NCBI GenBank assembly: GCA_031409335.1
Contig: JANNWY010000113.1
Coordinates: 1 to 15,596 of the forward strand
Direction: 5' to 3'
From: Chthoniobacteraceae bacterium
GTDB taxonomy: Bacteria > Verrucomicrobiota > Verrucomicrobiia > Chthoniobacterales > Chthoniobacteraceae
Length of the DNA: 15,596 bases
Shown here: piece by piece, positions 7,432-15,245 of the stretch
How positions within the stretch are numbered: the first letter of the stretch is position 1
Layout of the letters: each line of letters begins with the position of its first letter
The notes under the pieces: generated by a model
Told to the model about the DNA's origin: nothing
Database searches by the model: none
The model's input: the letters and a program-made list of their open reading frames with translations, nothing else
Made by a program: the position numbers and the translations under genes

Positions 7432-7470
7432 CAACGAGTCATGCGCCGCCGAATGCAGAATCCCTTCAAA
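7432..7470 (-). promoter_or_regulatory. Putative ECF sigma promoter upstream of the kinase (TTTGAAGGGATT-N13-CGCATGACTCGTTG)
   Basis: Lies in the 71-bp gap between the sigma stop and the kinase start, and is a second copy of the 1483-1521 motif. Confidence 0.7.
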
Positions 7471-7473
7471 AAT

Positions 7474-8043
7474 CTAACCCGGTTGATTGCGCGACTTTTC
7501 CATCTCCCGGAAAAGCCACGCGCGCGCAAAACTCCAAAGCCGCTCCGCCGTGCTGATCGAGACACCGAGTTCCTTCGCCGCCTGTTCCTGCGTCAGCCCG
7601 ACAAAGAAACACAGCTTCACCACCTCCGCCGCGCGTGCGTCCACGACGGCCAACCCATCCAAAGCCTCATCGAGCGCGAGCAATTCATCATCCGGCACTG
7701 GCAGCGGCACCTCGACCGCATCCACATCCACGCGCTCCAGCTCGCCACCATGTTTCACTCTCTTTTTCCGCCGCGCCGACTCCACCAAAATCCGCCGCAT
7801 CGCCTCCGCCGCTGCGCCGAAAAAATGCGCGCGATTTTCAAACAGCGGGGCCTCATTCCCGACCAGGCGCAGCCACGCTTCATGCACGAGCGCGGTCGGC
7901 TGCAAGGTGTGGCCCGGATTTTCCTGAGCCATACGATGGGCGGCAAGTCGGCGCAGTTCCGCATAGACGAGCGGGAGCAATTGCCCGGCGGCTTGCGCAT
8001 CGCCTTGCTCCGCGGCTTTGAGGATTTGGGTAACGTTTCGCAT
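7474..8043 (-). CDS. ECF RNA polymerase sigma factor, TIGR02999/ECF43-like (STK-associated), 189 aa
   Basis: Likely start MRNVTQILKAAEQGD at 8043. Family signature LLPLVYAELRRLAA...GHTLQPTALVHEAWLRL...FENRAHFFGAAAEAMRRILVESARRKKR, and region 4 VVKLCFFVGLTQEQAAKELGVSISTAERLWSFARAWL. Confidence 0.93.
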   Translation of the reverse strand: MRNVTQILKAAEQGDAQAAGQLLPLVYAELRRLAAHRMAQENPGHTLQPTALVHEAWLRLVGNEAPLFENRAHFFGAAAEAMRRILVESARRKKRVKHGGELERVDVDAVEVPLPVPDDELLALDEALDGLAVVDARAAEVVKLCFFVGLTQEQAAKELGVSISTAERLWSFARAWLFREMEKSRNQPG

Positions 8044-8149
8044 CTTTGAACTGAGCTCGACGAATCGTGAAGCAGAGCCAGTTGCCGGACGAGCCTTATC
8101 GAAAAGAGAGCCCAACGCGGATCGGCGAGCGCTGGAGTCCTTCCATCCG

Positions 8150-8242
8150 CTTCCACTCGATCATCGCCGGTAGCTCCCTGGAGTTGTCGGAGCAGGCGCG
8201 GTTCACGCCTTTGAGTTCATTGATGATGCACCGGCAGATGCG
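8150..8242 (-). pseudogene. guaA: Decayed 3'-terminal fragment of GMP synthase; possible att scar
   Basis: The intergenic minus strand translates to RICRCIINELKGVNRACSDNSRELPAMIEWK. This aligns without gaps to the conserved GuaA C-terminus ([31 protein letters not shown], consensus recalled from memory) at about 18/31 identity. Confidence 0.8.
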
Positions 8243-8278
8243 GGCGGCACGTCGCAAGGCGCCCGCCGATTTCCGTCG

Positions 8279-9493
8279 TCATGGCTTCTTTTCCACGACA
8301 CGCACGCCTTCGGTCAATGCTGCGGGTGGATCGAGGATCACCCGCTCGCCGACGCTTAGCCCGGCGGAGATGATGGCATCACCGCCATCCTTTCTCGCGA
8401 CGGTAATCGCGCGGCGCTCCACGCGATTTTCGCGCACGACCCAGACGACGGAACGCTCGTTCACATTTTGCACGGCATCGGCGGGAATGATGACGCCGGA
8501 CGCGGTCGCCGCCGGCGCTGCGTCGTCACTTTGAAAGGCGACCTTCACGCCCATTTCGGGCAGGATGCGCGGGTCGAGTTGATCGAACCCGACGCGCACT
8601 TTCACCGTTGCCTTTTGCCGATCGGCGGTCGGGATGATCGCGATGACTTTCGCCGGAATGCGCCACTCGGCATACGCGTCGAGCCGTGCTTCCACGGCCC
8701 GGCCGGGCTGGATGCGGTTGATGAAACTTTCGTTCACGTCCACGTCGATTTCGAGCGAGGTCATATCGACGATGGTGCAAATGCCGGTGCGCGTGAAACC
8801 GCCGGCGGACATTGGCGAAATCATCTCGCCGGGCTGCGCGTTTTTGGACGTGACGACGCCGGCGAACGGCGCGCGGATGATGGCGTCATCGACCTGCTGC
8901 CGCCACTGCGCGACCTCGCTTTTCGCGACCGCGATCTCGGCATCCTGGCGCTCCAGCCGCGCTTCGAGCGCCTTTGCCTCGGACTCGCGCCGATGCAGAT
9001 CGGATTCGCTCACGGCTTTCGTCGCGGCGAGGTCCATCGCGCGCTTCAACTCCTGCCGGGCGAAGACCAGATTGGGCCGCGTCTCTTCCATCATGGCGCG
9101 CGCGGAAAGCAATTGCGCCTGCGCGAGATGCAGACTCGCCTCGACATTCGATGCATCGAGCCGAGCGAGAATTTGCCCGGCTTCCACCTTCATCCCCTCC
9201 TCCACCATGACCTCCACGACTTTGCCGGTGAATTTCGACGACACCGTCGCCGCGCGGCGTGCCGTCACGTAGCCGGACGCATTGAGCAGCGTCTTTTGCC
9301 CGCCGGTTGCCGCCGCGCGGGCAGTTTCTGTTTTCACCTCGATCGCTGCCGGCCCGCGCTTCCACCAAACCACCCCGCCAGCGATCACCGAAAAAATAAC
9401 GAGCAGCGCCAAAACCCACGGCCTCCGCGACTGCGATGCCCCAGAGCGGCGGTCGATGCGCAGATCGTCGAGGCTCGCGTTGCTGGTGCTCAT
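8279..9493 (-). CDS. Efflux transporter periplasmic adaptor subunit (HlyD/MacA-type membrane fusion protein)
   Basis: N-terminal anchor, lipoyl half-motifs ASGYVTARRAATVSSKFTGKVVEVMVEEGMKVEAGQILARLD and IIRAPFAGVVTSKNAQPGE, a coiled-coil hairpin, and ILPEMGVKVAF. Confidence 0.92.
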   Translation of the reverse strand: MSTSNASLDDLRIDRRSGASQSRRPWVLALLVIFSVIAGGVVWWKRGPAAIEVKTETARAAATGGQKTLLNASGYVTARRAATVSSKFTGKVVEVMVEEGMKVEAGQILARLDASNVEASLHLAQAQLLSARAMMEETRPNLVFARQELKRAMDLAATKAVSESDLHRRESEAKALEARLERQDAEIAVAKSEVAQWRQQVDDAIIRAPFAGVVTSKNAQPGEMISPMSAGGFTRTGICTIVDMTSLEIDVDVNESFINRIQPGRAVEARLDAYAEWRIPAKVIAIIPTADRQKATVKVRVGFDQLDPRILPEMGVKVAFQSDDAAPAATASGVIIPADAVQNVNERSVVWVVRENRVERRAITVARKDGGDAIISAGLSVGERVILDPPAALTEGVRVVEKKP

Positions 9494-9537
9494 GCGCCTG
9501 CGGATTCGGCCCGGCGGTGGAGAATGTCAAGCAGGCG

Positions 9538-10932
9538 TCATTGCGCACCGAACTTCACGAGCCCGACGGCATTCCCCAGCCAGACGAGGGCGAAGGCGAC
9601 CAGCGAGGTGGCGGGGATCGTGAAGATCCATGCCCAGATGATGCGCTCGACCATGCGCAGTTTGAGCGCGCTGAAACGTTTCGCGCAGCCGACGCCCATG
9701 ATGCTCGTGGTGATCGCGTGGGTGGTGCTCACGGGCATCCCAAGCGAGCCGGTGACGGCGAGCACGGTGGCTGCCGTAGTCTCGGCGGCGAAACCGTGGA
9801 CGGGCTGCAGTTTCACCATTTTGTGGCCGAGCGTCTTGATGATTTTCCACCCGCCCGCGGCGGTGCCCGCGGCCATGGTCAGGGCGCAGGTGAAGACGCA
9901 CCAATGCGGGACGGCCTGGCTTTTCACATCGCCGACGGGCGGCATGTAGCCGAATTGCAGCCACGTCGGCAGCAGCGCGATCAATTGGTCGCCAAGGCCG
10001 AGATGGAGCGGGTCGCTGCCTTCCGGCGTGTGGAGAAAAGAGAAGACGGCGGGCACGTCGTTGAGGATGCCGGACTTGGTCGCGGCGACGAGCGCGAGGG
10101 TGATGATGCCCATCGTTTTCGTCGCGTCATTCATGCCGTGGCTGAAGCCCATGTAGCCGGCGCTGAGGAGTTGCAGGCGGCCGAAAACGCGGTTCACCCA
10201 CACGGGACGCACGCCGCGCAGGAGGATGTAGAGCAGCCCCATCATGCAGAGCCCGACGGTGAAGCCGACCACGGGCGACGTGATCATCGGGATGACGACC
10301 TTGTTTAAGATGCCCGCCTTCTCGGTCGTCTCGCGCTCCACGACTTGCTTCACGCGGCCCTCGAAAACGACGGCGGCAATCTTTTTTCCCTCAATCTGGA
10401 CGGTGTGCGTGCCGGCGACGCGCGCCTGGTCGCCGAGCGCGGCGAGCAGTTCCGGCGTCGCCTCCACTAGCGATTTTTCTTTCTTCGGCTTTGTCTCGCT
10501 CCATTTCAGCGCGCTCCAGACGCTCGCGGGTTTGCCCGCTTTATCGACGAGCGGCTGCGCGGCATTCATCACCACCGCGGCGGCGAGCGTCGCGCCGCAG
10601 AGGCCGCCGACGAGGGCGTGGGTGCTGGAGGACGGCAGCCCTTTCCACCACGTCAGGAGATTCCAAAAAATCGCGCCGAGCAGCGCGCAGACGATGACTT
10701 CCTGCGTGACGAAGGCATTTTCGACGAGCCCGCTGGAGATGGTTTTCGCGACGGCGAGGCCGAAGAATGCGCCGAGCAAATTCGTGCAGGCGGCGAGCAC
10801 GATGGCCTGGCGCGGGGTGAGCACTTTGGTGCCGACGACGGTGGCGATGGAGTTCGCGGTGTCGTGAAAGCCGTTGATGTATTCAAAGGCGAGCGCGACG
10901 AAAATGACGACGAGGACGAGGGTGAAATCCAC
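9538..10932 (-). CDS. pit: Inorganic phosphate transporter, PiT family
   Basis: GTG start. PiT signatures NGFHDTANSIAT, GLPSSSTHALVG, FSHGMNDATKTMG and GMPVSTTHAITTSIMGVG. Confidence 0.95.
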   Translation of the reverse strand: MDFTLVLVVIFVALAFEYINGFHDTANSIATVVGTKVLTPRQAIVLAACTNLLGAFFGLAVAKTISSGLVENAFVTQEVIVCALLGAIFWNLLTWWKGLPSSSTHALVGGLCGATLAAAVVMNAAQPLVDKAGKPASVWSALKWSETKPKKEKSLVEATPELLAALGDQARVAGTHTVQIEGKKIAAVVFEGRVKQVVERETTEKAGILNKVVIPMITSPVVGFTVGLCMMGLLYILLRGVRPVWVNRVFGRLQLLSAGYMGFSHGMNDATKTMGIITLALVAATKSGILNDVPAVFSFLHTPEGSDPLHLGLGDQLIALLPTWLQFGYMPPVGDVKSQAVPHWCVFTCALTMAAGTAAGGWKIIKTLGHKMVKLQPVHGFAAETTAATVLAVTGSLGMPVSTTHAITTSIMGVGCAKRFSALKLRMVERIIWAWIFTIPATSLVAFALVWLGNAVGLVKFGAQ

Positions 10933-10935
10933 GGT

Positions 10936-11562
10936 TCAGGAATTTTTGAGGAGGATGTGGGCGATGATCGCGGCGGCTTCGCGGGTGCGCTCAAGCGCGC
11001 GCTCGAGCAGGTCGAAGAGGTCTTTGACGATGATCGCCTTGAGCGCGTCGTAGCCCGGCACGTAGAGCGCGGCGAGGCTCTGGGCCAGCGCGATCTCGGC
11101 GCCGCGGGCGAGGCCGCGCAGTTCGCTCTGCTTGTTTTTGATCGTGGCGATGTCGGCGGCGTGCAGCGCGGCGACCATCTCGCGCAGCAGGCTCACGGCG
11201 CTTTCGAGTGCCTCGGCCTGGCCGTCGAACCGCACATCGGCGACGCGCGCCGCGACGAGCGCGTATCGCTCGGCGAATTTCTCGACGACTTTGGGAATCT
11301 TGTAGAGCCGGTCCGCGAGCGACTCGATGTCTTCGCGCTCAATCGGTGTGACAAAGGTGTCGATCAGCATTTGTTCGAGCCGCTGGGTGATTTCCTTGTC
11401 CTTGCGCCGCGCGGCGGCGAAGGCGTCGAGCGCGGGACTTTTACCCGGTGAATTGAGGATCGCGCGAAGGGCGGTGATCGAGGCGACACACTCGGCGGCG
11501 CTGGCTTCGAGCAGGCCGAAAAATTCATCCTCGCGACCGAGGAGACGTTGAAACGAAATCAT
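10936..11562 (-). CDS. DUF47 family (PhoU-like, Pit accessory) protein, copy 2
   Basis: FFGLLE...DTFVTPIEREDIESLADRL signature; lies directly upstream of pit. Confidence 0.9.
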   Translation of the reverse strand: MISFQRLLGREDEFFGLLEASAAECVASITALRAILNSPGKSPALDAFAAARRKDKEITQRLEQMLIDTFVTPIEREDIESLADRLYKIPKVVEKFAERYALVAARVADVRFDGQAEALESAVSLLREMVAALHAADIATIKNKQSELRGLARGAEIALAQSLAALYVPGYDALKAIIVKDLFDLLERALERTREAAAIIAHILLKNS

Positions 11563-11565
11563 CGC

Positions 11566-12201
11566 CTACGAATTTTTCAGGACGATGTGCGTCACCACGT
11601 TCCCCGCGTCGCGGCAGCGATCGACGATTTTTTCCAAAAGATCGTAAAGATCGCGCAGCGCCAGCACCTTGATCGGCTCGTGTCGGCCCGAGTAAAGATC
11701 GCCGAGCAGCGAGAGCGCGTGCTCATCCGCCTCGCCCTCGATTTTTTGGAGCTGGCGGTTCAGCTCCTTCGCGCGGTCGAGCTGCCCGGAGCCGAGATTG
11801 CGCAGCAGCTTCACCATCGTCACGACCTGCTGCGTGGCCTGGTCGAGCAGCGTGATGTGGCGGGAAAAATCGACGCCCTGAACGAGGCTCGCGCAAATGA
11901 CGAACCGCTCGGCGAATTTCTCGCACGTCTTCGGGATGCGATAGAGCGCGGCGCTGAGCACCTCGATGTCCTCGCGTTCGAGCTGCGTCACGAAAGTCTT
12001 CACCAGCGCGGTGCTGATTTGCTCGGTGATCTTTTTGTCGGCCTCCTTCGCCGCATGAAGATCCTGCACGCTGGGCGTTTTCTCCGGGTTGGAAAGCAGG
12101 CGGTTGAGCACTTCGACACTGTTGCGCGCCTCGTTGGCACTGGCTTCGAGCAGGGCAAAGAATTTGTCGTCTTTGCCAAAGAGTTTCTGGAGCGAGATCA
12201 T
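11566..12201 (-). CDS. DUF47 family (PhoU-like, Pit accessory) protein, copy 1, 211 aa
   Basis: Likely start MISLQKLFGKDDKFF at 12201, which parallels the paralog start MISFQRLLGREDEFF. Contains KTFVTQLEREDI, IEGEADE and LEKIVDRCRDAGN. Confidence 0.92.
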   Translation of the reverse strand: MISLQKLFGKDDKFFALLEASANEARNSVEVLNRLLSNPEKTPSVQDLHAAKEADKKITEQISTALVKTFVTQLEREDIEVLSAALYRIPKTCEKFAERFVICASLVQGVDFSRHITLLDQATQQVVTMVKLLRNLGSGQLDRAKELNRQLQKIEGEADEHALSLLGDLYSGRHEPIKVLALRDLYDLLEKIVDRCRDAGNVVTHIVLKNS

Positions 12202-12227
12202 GGGGCGGATTGGGGAATGCCGCGCGG

Positions 12228-12258
12228 TTGTCACCTGTTCGTCACACAATCGCAACAT
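12228..12258. promoter_or_regulatory. Pho-box-like cluster 1: three direct repeats at 11-bp period
   Basis: GTCAC at 12230, GTCAC at 12241 and GCAAC at 12252, resembling PhoB/PhoP TGTCA half-sites. Confidence 0.7.
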
Positions 12259-12299
12259 TTGAATGCGCCCGCCGTGCTCTCTGGCACGGTGTTTCCCGA

Positions 12300-12330
12300 T
12301 TGTGACACTGCTGCAATCACTTCGTCACAT
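12300..12330. promoter_or_regulatory. Pho-box-like cluster 2 upstream of pstS
   Basis: tGTGACa at 12301, tGCAATc at 12312 and cGTCACa at 12323, again at an 11-bp period. Confidence 0.65.
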
Positions 12331-12366
12331 GGCGGACGGATAGGTTTGGAAATGAAATCGCCTATC

Positions 12367-13371
12367 ATGAAAACCACACTCCTTTCGATCAGTGCCGCGG
12401 CATCTTTGCTGGTGCCGCTCATTCCGAACACCAGCCATGCGCAGGGCGCGATTATCAAGATCGACGGCTCGAGCACGGTCTTTCCCGTGACCGAAGCCGT
12501 GGCGGAAGAATTCCAAAGGGAATCCAAGGGCAAAGTCAAAGTCACCGTCGGCATCTCCGGCACCGGCGGCGGGTTCAAGAAATTTGCGCGCGGGGAGACG
12601 GATGTGCAGAATGCTTCGCGCCCCATCCTCCAGTCGGAGATCGATGCCTGCAAAGCCGGTGGCGTGGAGTATCTGGAGCTGCCCATTTGCTACGATGCGC
12701 TAACCATCGCGGTGAATCCGAAGAACACGTGGCTCAAGGCGATCACCATCGCGGAATTGAAGAAAATGTGGGCGCCCGAGGCGCAGGGCGCGGTGAAGAA
12801 ATGGAGTGACGTGAATCCGGCGTGGCCGGCGGAGGCATTCAAACTGTTCGGGGCCGGCTCGGACTCGGGCACGTTCGATTACTTTACCGAGGCCATCGTC
12901 GGCAAAGCGAAGTCGAGCCGCGGCGACTACACGGCGAGCGAGGACGACAACACGCTGGTCCAGGGAATCGAGGGCGAGAAGAACGCGCTGGGTTACATTC
13001 CCTATGCCTACTTTGCGCCGCACGCGGCGAAGATGCGCGCGGTGCCGGTCGATGAAGGCAAGGGCAAAGGCGCGGTGGGGCCGAGCGCGGACAACATCAA
13101 GAATGGCAGCTATAGCCCGCTCTCGCGTCCGCTCTTTGTTTACGTGAATGCGAAGTCGCTGGCCAAACCCGAGGTCGCGCAGTTCGTGGAGTTTTACATC
13201 AAGAATGTGCCCACGCTTTCCGAGGAAGTGAAATATCTGCCGCTGCCGCCGTCGGCTTACGCGGTGATCTCGGAGCGGGTGAAGTCGAAGAAGTTCGGCA
13301 CGGCGTTTGGTGGCGTGCCCGAAGTCGGCTTGTCCATCGAGGAACTGCTCAAGCGCGAAACGAAACCCTGA
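12367..13371 (+). CDS. pstS: Phosphate ABC transporter substrate-binding protein
   Basis: Signal peptide ending SHA-Q. Motifs IKIDGSSTVFP, SGTGGGFKKF, NASRPI, DSGTFDYF and YSPLSRPLFVYVN. The start is 12367 or the in-frame 12352, not 11548. Confidence 0.95.
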   Translation: MKTTLLSISAAASLLVPLIPNTSHAQGAIIKIDGSSTVFPVTEAVAEEFQRESKGKVKVTVGISGTGGGFKKFARGETDVQNASRPILQSEIDACKAGGVEYLELPICYDALTIAVNPKNTWLKAITIAELKKMWAPEAQGAVKKWSDVNPAWPAEAFKLFGAGSDSGTFDYFTEAIVGKAKSSRGDYTASEDDNTLVQGIEGEKNALGYIPYAYFAPHAAKMRAVPVDEGKGKGAVGPSADNIKNGSYSPLSRPLFVYVNAKSLAKPEVAQFVEFYIKNVPTLSEEVKYLPLPPSAYAVISERVKSKKFGTAFGGVPEVGLSIEELLKRETKP

Positions 13372-13384
13372 CCGCCGCGCCGGA

Positions 13385-14329
13385 ATGTCCGCATCGCTCA
13401 CACCCACTTATCCCGCCGTGGCGCGGCCCTTGCGGACGCTCGGCCGCAAGCGCCATCGCGACTTGCAGGAGAAGGGGGTCGAGCTGCTCATGGTGCTGGC
13501 GGCCAGCTTTTCCATCCTGATCACGGCTGGGATTATCTTCGTCCTGTTCTCGGAGGCGCTGGCATTTTTCCGCCATGTTTCGGTGAAGGAATTTCTCACC
13601 GACACGGAGTGGACGCCGCTCTTTGCCAACCCGCGCTACGGCATCATGCCGCTGGTTGCGGGAACCTTGATGACCACCGGCGTGGCGCTGGTGGTGGCGC
13701 TGCCGGTCGGGACGATCGTGGCGATTTACATGAGCGAATTTGCGCCGCACTGGCTGCGCGAAACGGTAAAGCCGGTGCTGGAGTTGCTCAACGCGGTGCC
13801 GACGGTGGTCTATGGCTACTTCGCGCTGCTTTTCGTCGCGCCGATCCTGCAAAAGTTCATGCCCGACCTGCCGCTCTTCTCCATGCTCAGCGCGGGGCTC
13901 GTGATGGGCATCATGATCGTGCCTTACGTCAGTTCGCTGAGCGAGGACGCGCTGCGCAGCGTGCCGATGATCCTGCGCGAAGGCTCCTACGCGCTCGGTG
14001 CGGGCAAGCTGTGGACGGCGGTCCGCGTGGTCGTGCCCGCGGCGCTCTCGGGCATTGGCGCGGCCTACATCCTCGCGATCTCGCGCGCCATCGGCGAGAC
14101 GATGATCGTGGCCATCGCCGCCGGGATGCAGCCCAACCTGACGTGGAATCCGGGCGAACCGGCGCAGACCATCACCGCCTACATCGTGCAGGTGAGCCTC
14201 GGCGATCTGCCGCACGGAGGCATCGGCTATCAGTCGATCTTTGCGGCGGGCCTCACGCTTTTCCTGCTCACCCTCGCCTTCAATGTTGCCGGGCATTTCC
14301 TGCGAACCCGGCTGCGCCAAGCCTACTGA
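13385..14329 (+). CDS. pstC: Phosphate ABC transporter permease PstC
   Basis: KPVLELLNAVPTVVYG, the EAA-loop LREGSYALGA, and SRAIGETMIV. Likely ATG at 13385. Confidence 0.95.
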   Translation: MSASLTPTYPAVARPLRTLGRKRHRDLQEKGVELLMVLAASFSILITAGIIFVLFSEALAFFRHVSVKEFLTDTEWTPLFANPRYGIMPLVAGTLMTTGVALVVALPVGTIVAIYMSEFAPHWLRETVKPVLELLNAVPTVVYGYFALLFVAPILQKFMPDLPLFSMLSAGLVMGIMIVPYVSSLSEDALRSVPMILREGSYALGAGKLWTAVRVVVPAALSGIGAAYILAISRAIGETMIVAIAAGMQPNLTWNPGEPAQTITAYIVQVSLGDLPHGGIGYQSIFAAGLTLFLLTLAFNVAGHFLRTRLRQAY

Positions 14330-14331
14330 CG

Positions 14332-15243
14332 ATGCCTGATTTGAAACAGATCATCCGCCGCCGCCGCCGCGAAGATGCCGTCTTCAAGGTGCTCGGCATC
14401 TCGTGCCTGGTGCTCTGCCTCGGCACGCTCGGCGCGCTCATCGGGGATCTGTGCATCGACGGATTGCGGCGCATCGACTGGCAGTTTCTCACTTCGTTTC
14501 CATCGCGCTTTGCCCAGCGCGCGGGCATCCTCAGCGCGATCACCGGCACCTTTGCGGTGATGCTCGTGACGCTGCTCGCCGCCGTGCCCATCGGCGTGGC
14601 CGCGGGAATCTATCTGGAGGAATACGGGCGGAAGAAGAGCTGGTTCAGCGATCTCATCGAACTGAACATCGCGAACCTCGCGGGCGTTCCATCCATCGTT
14701 TACGGGCTGATGGCGCTGGGGCTGTTCGTCTATCAATTCAAGCTCGGCCAGAGCGTCCTCGCCGCCGGCCTCACCCTCGGCATCCTCGTGCTGCCCATCG
14801 TCATCGTCGCCACGCGCGAAGCGTTGCGCGCCATCCCCGCGGCTATCCGCGAAGCCGCCGTCGCACTCGGCGCCACGCGCTGGCAGACCGTGCGCGACCA
14901 TCTGCTGCCTTACTCCATGGGCGGCATCGCCACCGGCATCATCATCGCCATGTCGCGGGCCATCGGCGAAACCGCGCCGCTCGTGACCATCGGCGCGCTG
15001 ACCTTCATCGCCTTCCTGCCGCCCGCGCCGGTCACGGGCGATTTCCCGTTCGTGTCCTTCGAGTGGCTGCAGTCGCCCTTCACGGTGATGCCGATCCAGA
15101 TGTTCAACTGGGTCTCGCGCCCGACCGCCGACTTCCATGTAAACGCCGCCGCCACCGGCCTCGTGCTCATCTTCATGACGCTGGGCATGAACGCCGCCGC
15201 CATCATCCTCCGCTACCGCATCCGCAAACGTATCAAATGGTAA
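14332..15243 (+). CDS. pstA: Phosphate ABC transporter permease PstA
   Basis: Start MPDLKQII lies 2 nt after the pstC stop. Motifs [32 protein letters not shown] and SRAIGETAP. Confidence 0.95.
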   Translation: MPDLKQIIRRRRREDAVFKVLGISCLVLCLGTLGALIGDLCIDGLRRIDWQFLTSFPSRFAQRAGILSAITGTFAVMLVTLLAAVPIGVAAGIYLEEYGRKKSWFSDLIELNIANLAGVPSIVYGLMALGLFVYQFKLGQSVLAAGLTLGILVLPIVIVATREALRAIPAAIREAAVALGATRWQTVRDHLLPYSMGGIATGIIIAMSRAIGETAPLVTIGALTFIAFLPPAPVTGDFPFVSFEWLQSPFTVMPIQMFNWVSRPTADFHVNAAATGLVLIFMTLGMNAAAIILRYRIRKRIKW

Positions 15244-15245
15244 CC

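Noticed and set aside
11548..12351. Apparent 607-aa PstS with a long N-terminal extension
   Set aside because: The extension is the antisense of DUF47 copy 1 plus the promoter region. The PstS signal peptide starts at 12352 or 12367.
13609..14331. 544-aa PstA N-terminal extension
   Set aside because: An off-frame overlap with pstC; PstA homology begins at 14332.
14356..14370. (CGC)5 tract in pstA
   Set aside because: A short in-frame poly-Arg in a normally basic N-terminus; no evidence of phase variation.
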